Made by a program: the position numbers and the translations under genes
The notes under the pieces: model-generated
Seen by the model: only the letters and a program-made list of their open reading frames with translations
The model's database searches: none
Told to the model about the DNA's origin: nothing
Part shown: in pieces, positions 54,605-62,151 of the stretch
How the letters are laid out: every line of letters starts with the position of its first letter
Position numbering within the stretch: position 1 is the stretch's first letter
Assembly (NCBI GenBank): GCA_023511535.1
Contig: JAIMBK010000004.1
Coordinates: 340 to 64,339, forward strand
Direction: 5' to 3'
From: Armatimonadota bacterium
GTDB lineage: Bacteria; Bacillota; Desulfotomaculia; Desulfotomaculales; Nap2-2B
DNA: 64,000 nt

Positions 54605-54712
54605 TTTCTCTTTTTTGCCTTTGTGCCTTAGTGTCTTAGTGCCTTAGTGTCTTAGTGCCTTAGTGCCTGTTGCCTTTGTGCCTGTTGCCTTTGTGCCTGT
54701 TGCCTTTGTGCC
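54605..54712. repeat. About 14 tandem 7-8 nt units (TGCCTTTG / TGCCTTAG / TGTCTTAG / TGCCTGTT)
   Basis: Read directly from the sequence. The first half has 16-nt periodicity (TGCCTTAGTGTCTTAG). The second half has 15-nt periodicity (TGCCTGTTGCCTTTG). An inverted unit AAGGCATAAAG lies upstream, about 29-33 nt before the array. Confidence 0.9.
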
Positions 54713-54734
54713 TTTGTGCCTTTTTACCCCGGGA

Positions 54735-55133
54735 TTAATGTTTAAAAAGGGCCGCCAGATACGGGTAAAACACCAGTACCCCGATGATTACGGAATTAAT
54801 TGCGGCCAGCAGGACGGCCCCGGCGGCCACGTCTTTGGCGGCTTTGGCCAGGCGGTGGTGGCCGGGGCCGAAAAGGTCGACGGCCAGCTCAATGGCCGTA
54901 TTCAGCATTTCGGCAATAAACACAAGAAAAATGGCAAAAAGCAAAAAAAGAAACTCGCGGGCGGACAGCCGGAAAAGAAAAGCGGCCAGCAAGGTCACCA
55001 GTGCGGCCAGCAGATGAAGGCGGAAATTGCTTTGGGTCGACCAGGCGTAGCTGATCCCCGCGAGAGCTAAACTAAATTTTTCCTTAAGGCCGTTAGTTTT
55101 CGGCAACCTGGGAAATTTCTTTTTCTTCGCCAT
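54735..55133 (-). CDS. dgkA: Diacylglycerol / undecaprenol kinase
   Basis: The 132-aa ORF has 3 TM segments and the motif EMLNTAIELAVD. Confidence 0.8.
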   Translation of the reverse strand: MAKKKKFPRLPKTNGLKEKFSLALAGISYAWSTQSNFRLHLLAALVTLLAAFLFRLSAREFLFLLFAIFLVFIAEMLNTAIELAVDLFGPGHHRLAKAAKDVAAGAVLLAAINSVIIGVLVFYPYLAALFKH

Positions 55134-55193
55134 TCATTTGGTGATCCTTTTCCCCACGAATTTTCCCGAAGAGCGTCCGGAAGGAATGTTCTG

Positions 55194-55925
55194 CTAAGAA
55201 TGTTCCGTCGTCATCAACTTATTTATTCGTTCCAGTTCGGCTGCTACTTTAGTCAAGTGCCGGTACATTAATTTGCGCGCGGCGGCCTTGTTGCGCCGGC
55301 CGATCGCCTGGTAAATCTGCCTGTGCTCTTCGTACAGGCGCTGCGGGGTTCCGGGCACCGGCGTCATCCAGAGATTACGCGTGATGCGCAGGGTATGGTG
55401 CATCATATCGTGAATAGTATTCATCACCCTCAGCAGCAGCTGGTTATGCGCGGCCTCGGCAATGGCGTAATGAAACTCGAAGTCCGCCTTCTCTCCGGAC
55501 CGGCCGGTTTTCACATCTTCCTCCATCAGGCGCAGGGCCGCTTCCATCCTGGCCAGCTCCTCTTCCGTCGCCCGCTGGGCGGCCAGACCGGCGGATTCCA
55601 CTTCCAAACCCAGCCGCACTTCCAGAATGTCGCGGACCCGGTCTTTTTCCAGCAAGATGGCAAAGGAAAGGGGCTCAATGATGGTGTCCGTTCCGGCCCG
55701 GCGGACAAAGGCCCCTTCACCCGGACGCACCTCGATTAATCCGGCCATGTCCAGGGCGCACAGCGCCTCCCGGACAGAAGTGCGGCTCACCTGCAACTGC
55801 TCGGCCAGTTCCCGCTCGGAAAGCAACTTATCGCCTGGACTAAGGTTACCGGAGGCAATTAAATTTTTAATCTGCTCGGCGATGATTTCGTAAATCCGCC
55901 GGTTCCGGATCGGCTGTAAATCCAT
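55194..55925 (-). CDS. GntR-family regulator, FadR subfamily (FCD domain); LutR/PdhR-like by context
   Basis: It has the winged HTH segment GDKLLSERELAEQLQVSRTSVREAL and a C-terminal FCD domain. The start was chosen at MDLQPIRN. Confidence 0.75.
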   Translation of the reverse strand: MDLQPIRNRRIYEIIAEQIKNLIASGNLSPGDKLLSERELAEQLQVSRTSVREALCALDMAGLIEVRPGEGAFVRRAGTDTIIEPLSFAILLEKDRVRDILEVRLGLEVESAGLAAQRATEEELARMEAALRLMEEDVKTGRSGEKADFEFHYAIAEAAHNQLLLRVMNTIHDMMHHTLRITRNLWMTPVPGTPQRLYEEHRQIYQAIGRRNKAAARKLMYRHLTKVAAELERINKLMTTEHS

Positions 55926-56034
55926 GCTGATCTCCTTTTTTCCGGCCTCTGCCCGCATTATCATCACTTTCTGATTAAAGAGTCAAAAAACCTTAAACAA
56001 TAGGTAATTCGCCTTGTGCCCGGGAAAACCTTTT

Positions 56035-56067
56035 TTATCTTTAATTTATCTTTGGATTTATCTTTGG
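56035..56067. repeat. Three direct repeats TTATCTTT(A/G)(A/G) phased at 11-12 nt
   Basis: TATCTTT occurs at 56036, 56047 and 56059. The repeats lie between the lutBA stop and the GntR gene. Confidence 0.8.
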
Positions 56068-56086
56068 TCCACGGTAATTAATTTTA

Positions 56087-58315
56087 TCATGAAAATTTCC
56101 GCTTGAGAATATCCCCGATGATCGACGCCGTATGCTCTGCTTTTACCGGCAGGTCACGGTAATCCAGCCCGCCGCGGATCTGCAAAAGGCACCCCGGGCA
56201 GTCCATGGCCACCATCCTCGCTCCGGAAGCGGCTATATTGGCGATTTTTTGCTCCAGGATCGGCCGGCTCAATTCCGGAAACTGAATGCTGTAGCTGCCG
56301 CCGAAACCGCAGCAGCGGTCGGACCAGGCCATCTCCTGAAGCTGCGCGCCCGCCCTGACCAAAAGCTCCCTGGGCTCCCGGTAAACGCCCAGGCTGCGCT
56401 TTAAGTGGCAAGAATCGTGGTAGGTCACCGGACCAAAGGGAGTCCCCTCGATTTGCCGGTCCGCCAGTTGGTGCAAGGCAAAGCTGGCGTAATCCACCAC
56501 TTTTGCCGCCAGGTCCGCCGCTTGTTTCGCCCAGGCCGGGTCGTCCCCCAGGAGCCGCGGGTAACTTTTTTTCAGGCTGACCGCGCAGGTGGGGCAGGCC
56601 GTAACCACGACGGAAACGCCGGCCCCGGCAAAAGCGGCGATATTTTGTTTGGCAAGTTCCACCGCCGCCTCCCGGAAACCGGAATGTTCCAGGGGGAACC
56701 CGCAGCAGTTTTGGGCCGGCGGAAAAACAGGCGCATACCCCAGGCAGACGAGGGTATCCAGGACGGCCTCGCCGATTTCCGGGTATACAAAATCAATCAG
56801 ACAGCCGGCGAAAAAGCCGGCTTTTTGAACCGGTTCGCCGGCCGGCCGGATCGTTTGTCCTCCGATTTGCCCGGCGGCTGTTTCACCCGCCCCGAGGCGA
56901 TCCCGCAAAGCGCGGTCGGCCAGCGCCGGCAGGCTGCGCCCCTCCGTTAAACCGCGCCCGAAAAGGGGCAGGTGACGCACCAGGGGCCGGCCTTTGGTGA
57001 CCGGTTTTTGCACCCGCGCGGCGGTTTTCAGGATGGTATGGAATAATTTCCGGTTCGGCATCACTTTTTCCATAAACAGCTTTTGCCCCCGGGGCAAAAG
57101 ACGGCCGCCTGCATAGCGCTCCCGCAGGTCCAGAATCATTTGCGGGATGTCGATCCCCGCCGGGCAGTACTCCCTGCAGCGCTGGCAGCCCAGGCAGAGG
57201 GTCTGGAGGTCCTCCGCTTCGCGGCCGGGGCCGAAAAAGGCGGTCAGGATGGTGCCAATACCGCCGGTATAAATGTGGCCGAAGACATGCCCCCCGATCA
57301 GGGCAAAAACGGGGCAGACGTTTAAGCAAGAGGCGCAGCGGATACAGCGCAGGGCGTCCCGGAACCGGGGATCCGCCGCCATTTTCCGCCGGCCGTTATC
57401 CAGCAGAACGATGTGCAGTTCCTTGGCCCCGGTTTCCCCTTCGATATTTTCGACCTGCGCCGGTCCGGTGATCAGGGAAAGATAGCTGGTCAGGTGCTGG
57501 GCGGTGGCGCAACGGGGCAGCGCCTCGAAAATCGGGCCGGCGTCAGAGAGTTTCTCCACCAGCTTTTCCAAGCCGACGATGACTACGTGAATGGGCGGCA
57601 GCGTGGTCACCAGGCGGGCGTTCCCTTCGTTGGTCATAATGAAAAGAGTGCCCGTCTCCGCCACCGCCACGTTGGCCCCGGAGATCCCCATTTGGGCCGT
57701 GAGAAACTTTTGCCGGAGCTGCTCCCGGGCCACCTTCACCAGGCGCGGGATGTCGCTTTCCAGACGCTCCTTGATTTCGTGCGAAAAGATTTCGGCCACT
57801 TCCTGCCTGGTCAGGTGGATGGCCGGCATCACCATGTGGGAGGGCTTCTGGCCGCACAATTGAATGATCCACTCGCCCAGGTCCGTTTCGGCTACTGTGA
57901 TCCCGGCCTTTTCCAGGTATTTGTTCAGGTGGATTTCCTCGCTGGCCATGGATTTGGACTTGACCACGAAATCCACGCTGTTTTTCCGCGCCAGCTCCAG
58001 GATGTAAGCGCAGGCCGCCTGGGCGTCCGGCGCCGGAAAAACGACGGCGCCGCGCTTTCTGGCGTTTTCGGTAAATCTCTCGGCCAGCGCATCCATATAA
58101 TCGATGGTGCTCTGCTTGACCCGCCGGATTTCTTCCCGGAGGGCGGCAAAGTCTCTGCCCTCAAAAACCTTTTCCCGCGAAGGCAAATAGGCGTCTGCAA
58201 AGCGGCCCAGCGCGCCGCCCAGGTTCTGATTGGCCAGGGCCTGCCGGATCGCCTGCCGGAGATCAAGCGGGCTACAGCCTTTCCCTTTCTTTTCCCTTGT
58301 TTCCTCTTTATCCAT
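56087..58315 (-). CDS. lutB: Lactate utilisation protein LutB fused to a LutA-like CCG-domain Fe-S oxidoreductase
   Basis: The 742-aa ORF has an N-terminal LUD/DUF162-type region and 2x[4Fe-4S] motifs (CIRCASCLNVCP, CLGCQRCREYCP). The C-terminal part has two CCG motifs (NCCGFP, RCCGFGG). Confidence 0.75.
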   Translation of the reverse strand: MDKEETREKKGKGCSPLDLRQAIRQALANQNLGGALGRFADAYLPSREKVFEGRDFAALREEIRRVKQSTIDYMDALAERFTENARKRGAVVFPAPDAQAACAYILELARKNSVDFVVKSKSMASEEIHLNKYLEKAGITVAETDLGEWIIQLCGQKPSHMVMPAIHLTRQEVAEIFSHEIKERLESDIPRLVKVAREQLRQKFLTAQMGISGANVAVAETGTLFIMTNEGNARLVTTLPPIHVVIVGLEKLVEKLSDAGPIFEALPRCATAQHLTSYLSLITGPAQVENIEGETGAKELHIVLLDNGRRKMAADPRFRDALRCIRCASCLNVCPVFALIGGHVFGHIYTGGIGTILTAFFGPGREAEDLQTLCLGCQRCREYCPAGIDIPQMILDLRERYAGGRLLPRGQKLFMEKVMPNRKLFHTILKTAARVQKPVTKGRPLVRHLPLFGRGLTEGRSLPALADRALRDRLGAGETAAGQIGGQTIRPAGEPVQKAGFFAGCLIDFVYPEIGEAVLDTLVCLGYAPVFPPAQNCCGFPLEHSGFREAAVELAKQNIAAFAGAGVSVVVTACPTCAVSLKKSYPRLLGDDPAWAKQAADLAAKVVDYASFALHQLADRQIEGTPFGPVTYHDSCHLKRSLGVYREPRELLVRAGAQLQEMAWSDRCCGFGGSYSIQFPELSRPILEQKIANIAASGARMVAMDCPGCLLQIRGGLDYRDLPVKAEHTASIIGDILKRKFS

Positions 58316-58331
58316 CCGTGATCAGCGCCCC

Positions 58332-58988
58332 CTAACCGTTTGGGTTCCCATTTTCGTCCGCATTGTCGATGGCCAGAATAATCAGCCGGTAGGGTCCGTG
58401 CACCCCGATGGTAAGCACCCTTTCGATGTCGGCCGTCCGGCTGGGGCCGGTGATGATCGTCCAGTACGGAGGCGGGCCGCCGCCTTCCCCGGCCCGGGTG
58501 ATGGCGTCCCTTAAGGTGGGGACAATAGTGTCCGTGCGCAGGACGGCCAGATGTACGGGAGGCAGGGTGGACACCAGGCGGCTGGCCGCGTCTGTGGCGT
58601 TCTGGGCGATGCTGCCGGTTTCGGCGATGCCCAGTTCCATTTCGGAAACCCCCAAATCCGCCTCGGGAGCGTACCGGCGCAGTTTTTCCGTGTAAAAGGC
58701 GGCGCCGGCCTCTTGCGCCGCTTCGCCCGGCGCCAGCCTGGCGAGGAGAACGCCCGGAGCGGCAACGATCTTTCGGGGCGCCAGCGCCTGCAGGATTTCC
58801 CGTAATTTTTCCCTGGCCGCGCTCAAATTGCCCGCCCGGTGCACTTCCGCCGCCATGGCTTCGGCCATCCGGGCAAACAGCCGGTAGTTGCTTTCTGCTT
58901 TTGAATCCAGGGCAGTATTCGCCAAAGTCTTTTTCGCCTCCTCAGAAAATAGATTTTCATGATTAATGGAGAGAACGAACGTTCTCAT
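58332..58988 (-). CDS. lutC: Lactate utilisation protein LutC (LUD domain)
   Basis: The likely start is the ATG at 58988 (MRTFVLSINHEN), preceded by a GAGGGAG SD. The C-terminal segment is ITGPSRTADIE..GVHGP. Confidence 0.7.
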   Translation of the reverse strand: MRTFVLSINHENLFSEEAKKTLANTALDSKAESNYRLFARMAEAMAAEVHRAGNLSAAREKLREILQALAPRKIVAAPGVLLARLAPGEAAQEAGAAFYTEKLRRYAPEADLGVSEMELGIAETGSIAQNATDAASRLVSTLPPVHLAVLRTDTIVPTLRDAITRAGEGGGPPPYWTIITGPSRTADIERVLTIGVHGPYRLIILAIDNADENGNPNG

Positions 58989-59009
58989 GGGGAACTCCCT
59001 CGAAAATAG
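58953..59009 (-). repeat. Copy 2 of a 57-nt unit (SD + ATG + 12 codons); this copy is the functional lutC start
   Basis: Minus strand: TATTTTCGAGGGAGTTCCCCATGAGAACGTTCGTTCTCTCCATTAATCATGAAAAT. Confidence 0.75.
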
Positions 59010-59016
59010 TGTCATC

Positions 59017-59272
59017 GGGCTGGAATTGTCCGGCTCGCTCCGATGCTCCGGGTCGACCAGACATCAGCTTGCCGCGGAGCGAACCAGGCAGCGCTGCAAA
59101 ATGCGCACGAGACGTTAGTTTTTTAGCTATGCCGGTCTAACCAGCGATTATTGTCAGCACTTTTGCATAGTGGTATCTGCGCGTTTCGCGCTGCCGGTTC
59201 GCTTGCCGCGGCTGCGCTGTGTCTGGTTCCCGACCCTTCGCATATGTCGCTCGCCCGGACAAATTCCAGCCC
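59017..59272. mobile_element. 256-bp MITE-like element: two approx. 90-nt imperfect inverted-repeat arms around a 72-nt centre
   Basis: The termini are GGGCTGGAATTGTCCGG (59017-33) and CCGGACAAATTCCAGCCC (59255-72). Conserved inner blocks are GGGTCG, CCAGACA, GCCGCGG and AGCGAACC.GGCAGCGC. No credible ORF is present. Confidence 0.4.
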
Positions 59273-59274
59273 TC

Positions 59275-59332
59275 ATTTTCATTCTTTATGGAGAGGACGG
59301 CAGTCTTCATGGGCAACTCCTCAGAAAATAAG
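59275..59332 (-). repeat. Copy 1 of the 57-nt unit (SD + ATG + MKTAVLSIKNEN), separated from lutC by the IR element
   Basis: Minus strand: TATTTTCTGAGGAGTTGCCCATGAAGACTGCCGTCCTCTCCATAAAGAATGAAAAT. It is about 78% identical to copy 2. Confidence 0.75.
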
Positions 59333-59358
59333 TTAAGTGTCTGGCACTAGCTTAACTT
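59330..59358. repeat. Second copy of the AAGTTAAGTG..CTTAACTT palindrome, spanning the glcF-like stop codon
   Basis: The sequence is AAGTTAAGTGTCTGGCACTAGCTTAACTT. Confidence 0.8.
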
Positions 59359-60650
59359 AACCCGCTTTTTTCCTTTTGCGCGCGGGCGAGAAACTCCACG
59401 GTGTGCAGCACTTCGACGGCCAGGCCGGCTTTGGCCAGAGCCTCCGCCAGCTGCATCCGGCAGGCGCTGCAACCGGTAAGCACGGTTTGGGCGCCGGTTT
59501 GCCTGATGTCGGCCACCTTGGGGTTCAGCACCAGTTCGGACAGCCCCCGGTTGGTGAAGGTAAAGGCACCGGCTCCGCCGCAGCAGGTGGTGGGTTCCCG
59601 CAAAGGCCGAAAAACAGTTTCTGGAACCTTTTTAATCAGCTCCAGCGGCTGTTTGTAAACCCCCATTCCCCGGTCCAGGTGGCAGGGGCTGTGGTAGGTA
59701 ACTGTACCGGGAACCGGCCCCCATACCTCCGGCGCCCCTAAATTATATTTGATCAAAAAATCCGTCATGTCCATGGTTTTTTCCGCCAGCGTCCGCGCTC
59801 TTTCCCCCGGCTCGCCCGTCAGTAAGGCCGGATAGTAATGCAAAAAGGCCTCCCCGCAGGTCGGGCACACCGTCACCAGGGCGGCGCAGTCCACGCCGCT
59901 GAAAAGGCGCACCTGCTCTCCGGCAATTTTGCGCATCAGCTCCAGGTCGCCGTGGATGAAAACAGGCATCCCGCAGCAGTGCTGGGGCCGCGGCGTGACC
60001 ACCGTCACGCCGAAAGAGGTCAGCAGTTCCGTTGCCGCCCGGGCGGTTTGCGGATAAACGTAGTTGGCCAGGCACCCCGGGAAAAAGGCCACCTTCAGGC
60101 CGCCGGCGCCGGCCTCGCGGACAGTGCCGGGAGCGGGGGAAACGATCTCCGGAACAAGGTCGAGATAGGGGCGGGGCGCCAGCCGGGGCAAAATCCGGTC
60201 CCGGCCGGCCACCAGCCGGAAACGCGGCGACTGCCCGCCCGCGGGTTCCCGCCGGAAAAGCAAACCCTGCGTTTTCCCGGCCGCGCGCAGGGCCAGCCGG
60301 AAAAGGCGCGGGCGGCGGAGCAGCAGCGCGGCGGAGCGGAGCAGCCGGGGCAGGCCGCGTTTTTGGGCGGCGGCGGCGCGGGCGGCAATGATCAGCCGGT
60401 CGTAACGCACGCCGCTGGGGCAGTTCGCCATGCAGGCCAGGCAGGTCAGGCACTCTTCAAAGCGCCGGGCGATTTTCGGCGTGCAGTCGATTTCCCCCAG
60501 CAACACTGCCTCGGCCAGCCTGATCTTGCCCCGGGCGACCAGCGGCTCCTCCCGGGTCGCCTTATAAAGGGGGCAGACCGCCTGGCAGTTGCCGCACTTC
60601 ATGCACCGTAAAAGTTCTTCTTCCAGATCGGCCAGCTGAAAAGAACTCAC
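59352..60650 (-). CDS. GlcF/GlpC-like Fe-S oxidoreductase (2x[4Fe-4S] + two CCG domains), partner of the FAD-linked oxidase
   Basis: The 432-aa ORF has CMKCGNCQAVCP, CLTCLACMANCP, HCCGMP and TCCGGAG. Confidence 0.75.
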   Translation of the reverse strand: MSSFQLADLEEELLRCMKCGNCQAVCPLYKATREEPLVARGKIRLAEAVLLGEIDCTPKIARRFEECLTCLACMANCPSGVRYDRLIIAARAAAAQKRGLPRLLRSAALLLRRPRLFRLALRAAGKTQGLLFRREPAGGQSPRFRLVAGRDRILPRLAPRPYLDLVPEIVSPAPGTVREAGAGGLKVAFFPGCLANYVYPQTARAATELLTSFGVTVVTPRPQHCCGMPVFIHGDLELMRKIAGEQVRLFSGVDCAALVTVCPTCGEAFLHYYPALLTGEPGERARTLAEKTMDMTDFLIKYNLGAPEVWGPVPGTVTYHSPCHLDRGMGVYKQPLELIKKVPETVFRPLREPTTCCGGAGAFTFTNRGLSELVLNPKVADIRQTGAQTVLTGCSACRMQLAEALAKAGLAVEVLHTVEFLARAQKEKSGLS

Positions 60651-62083
60651 CGCCCCGTCTCCCCCTCCCCTTCCCTTTTTTCTCCATTTTCGTCCAGGTC
60701 CGCACTATCCACGAACTTGCCGGGGTTCAAAATATTCAAAGGATCCAGGGCCCGCTTGATTTTTTTCATCAGCGCCAGCCCTTCCGGGCCGACCTGCCAG
60801 GGCAAAAACCTTTTCTTGGCCAGGCCGATGCCGTGCTCGCCGGACAGGGTGCCGCCCAGTTCCAGAGCCTTTTTGAAGATTTCCTCCACAGCCCGGTGGA
60901 CCCGCTCCATTTCCTCCTCGTTCCGAGCGTCGGTCAGGATGGTGGGGTGCAGGTTACCGTCGCCGGCATGGCCGAAATTTCCGATCAGCACGTTATATTT
61001 TTGGCCAATCTCCCGGATTGCCGCCAGCATCCTGGTCACCTGGCTGCGCGGCACCGTGGCGTCTTCCAGTACAGTGGTCGGTTTGACCCGGGCCAGGGCG
61101 GGCAGCGCGGCCCGGCGCCCCGCCCAGAGCTGGTCCCTTTCCTGTTCGCCGGCGGCAATCCGCACTAAAGCGCCGTGCTTCTCCAGGACCCGGCGCAGCA
61201 CTTCCTTTTCTTTTTCCACTACCTCTTTGATCCCGTCCGTCTCCACCAGCAAGATTGCTTCCGCCTCCACGGGCAGCCCGATGTGCAGGTAATCCTCCAC
61301 GGTCCGGATCGTCACCTTATCCAGAATTTCCAGGGTGGCCGGGATGACCTTGTGCCGGATAATATCACTTACCGCGTTGCCGGCCGCTTCCAGATCCGCG
61401 AAAACGGCCAGCATGGAGCAGCGGCTCTCCGGCACGGGCAAAAGCCGGACGGTGATTTCCGTGATGATCCCCAGGGTGCCCTCGGAGCCGACAAAAAGTT
61501 TCACCAGGTCGTAGCCGGCCACGTTTTTCACCGTTTTTCCGCCCAGCCGGACCACCGTCCCGTCGGCGAGGACCACTTCCAGGCCCTGGACGTAATCCTT
61601 GGTCACTCCGTACTTTAAGCCCCGCAGGCCCCCGGAACACTCCGCCACGTTACCGCCCATGGTGGCCGTGGCCGCCGAGCCGGGGTCCGGCGGGTAGAAA
61701 ACTCCGTAAGGAGCCAGGGCGTCGTTTAAGGCCTGATTCACCACCCCCGGCTGGACCACGGCAATCAGGTTGTCGGCGTCAATTTCCAGGATTTTGTTCA
61801 TCTTCAGCAGGGAAAGGACGATGCCACCCCGCACGGGCACCGTCCCTCCGCTTAAATTTGTCCCGGCGCCGCGCGGGTAAACGGGCACCCGGTACCGGCC
61901 GGCAATTTTGATCACCTGAGCCACTTCGGCGGTGTTTTCCGGCATAACAACGGCTTCCGGCAGCGCCCCCGGCACGTCGGGGGTAGCGTCGTAAGAATAG
62001 CAAAGGAGGTCCTCCCGGTCCGTGAGCACCTTTTCTTTGCCCAGCGCCTTGATGAACTCAGCAATGGCCTGGGAAGCAGCCAA
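60647..62083 (-). CDS. glcD: FAD-linked oxidase, GlcD / D-lactate dehydrogenase type
   Basis: The ORF spans 60647..62155. The likely start is the TTG at 62083, 8 nt after an AAGGAGG SD. It has the FAD-binding PCMH domain (VYPRGAGTNLSGG) and HGIGLAK. Confidence 0.8.
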   Translation of the reverse strand: MAASQAIAEFIKALGKEKVLTDREDLLCYSYDATPDVPGALPEAVVMPENTAEVAQVIKIAGRYRVPVYPRGAGTNLSGGTVPVRGGIVLSLLKMNKILEIDADNLIAVVQPGVVNQALNDALAPYGVFYPPDPGSAATATMGGNVAECSGGLRGLKYGVTKDYVQGLEVVLADGTVVRLGGKTVKNVAGYDLVKLFVGSEGTLGIITEITVRLLPVPESRCSMLAVFADLEAAGNAVSDIIRHKVIPATLEILDKVTIRTVEDYLHIGLPVEAEAILLVETDGIKEVVEKEKEVLRRVLEKHGALVRIAAGEQERDQLWAGRRAALPALARVKPTTVLEDATVPRSQVTRMLAAIREIGQKYNVLIGNFGHAGDGNLHPTILTDARNEEEMERVHRAVEEIFKKALELGGTLSGEHGIGLAKKRFLPWQVGPEGLALMKKIKRALDPLNILNPGKFVDSADLDENGEKREGEGETGR

Positions 62084-62151
62084 TGCGTTCGCCTCCTTAT
62101 CGTGGGTATTCAGACGGCAAACAGGCTTCCTGTCGCTGAAAGCCCCGGTGC

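Noticed and set aside
54605-54712. Possible CRISPR array at the tandem-repeat locus
   Set aside because: The units are 7-8 nt and directly abut one another with no spacers. No cas genes are in the window. This is a microsatellite-like array, not a CRISPR.
54663-55070. 135-aa plus-strand ORF starting MPVAFVPVAFVPVAF
   Set aside because: Its N-terminus is just the translation of the tandem repeat. The rest is antisense to the well-supported dgkA gene.
57413-58321. 302-aa plus-strand ORF, together with similar long ORFs at 14880-15764, 17365-18324, 13491-14003, 10599-11366, 43244-43912, 48290-49072, 59743-60453 and 59838-60611
   Set aside because: All lie antisense or out of frame within genes that have clear family signatures. 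They are Arg/Gly/Pro/His-rich, as expected for shadow ORFs in high-GC DNA. None has a recognisable domain or SD.
59100-59336. Small ORFs inside the IR element: 61 aa on the plus strand, and 57 aa on the minus strand starting MKTAVLSIKNEN
   Set aside because: Both are Arg/Ala/Gln-rich read-throughs of the palindromic arms and have no recognisable fold. The minus-strand ORF owes its start only to the duplicated lutC initiation unit. I kept this as a caveat, not as a gene call.
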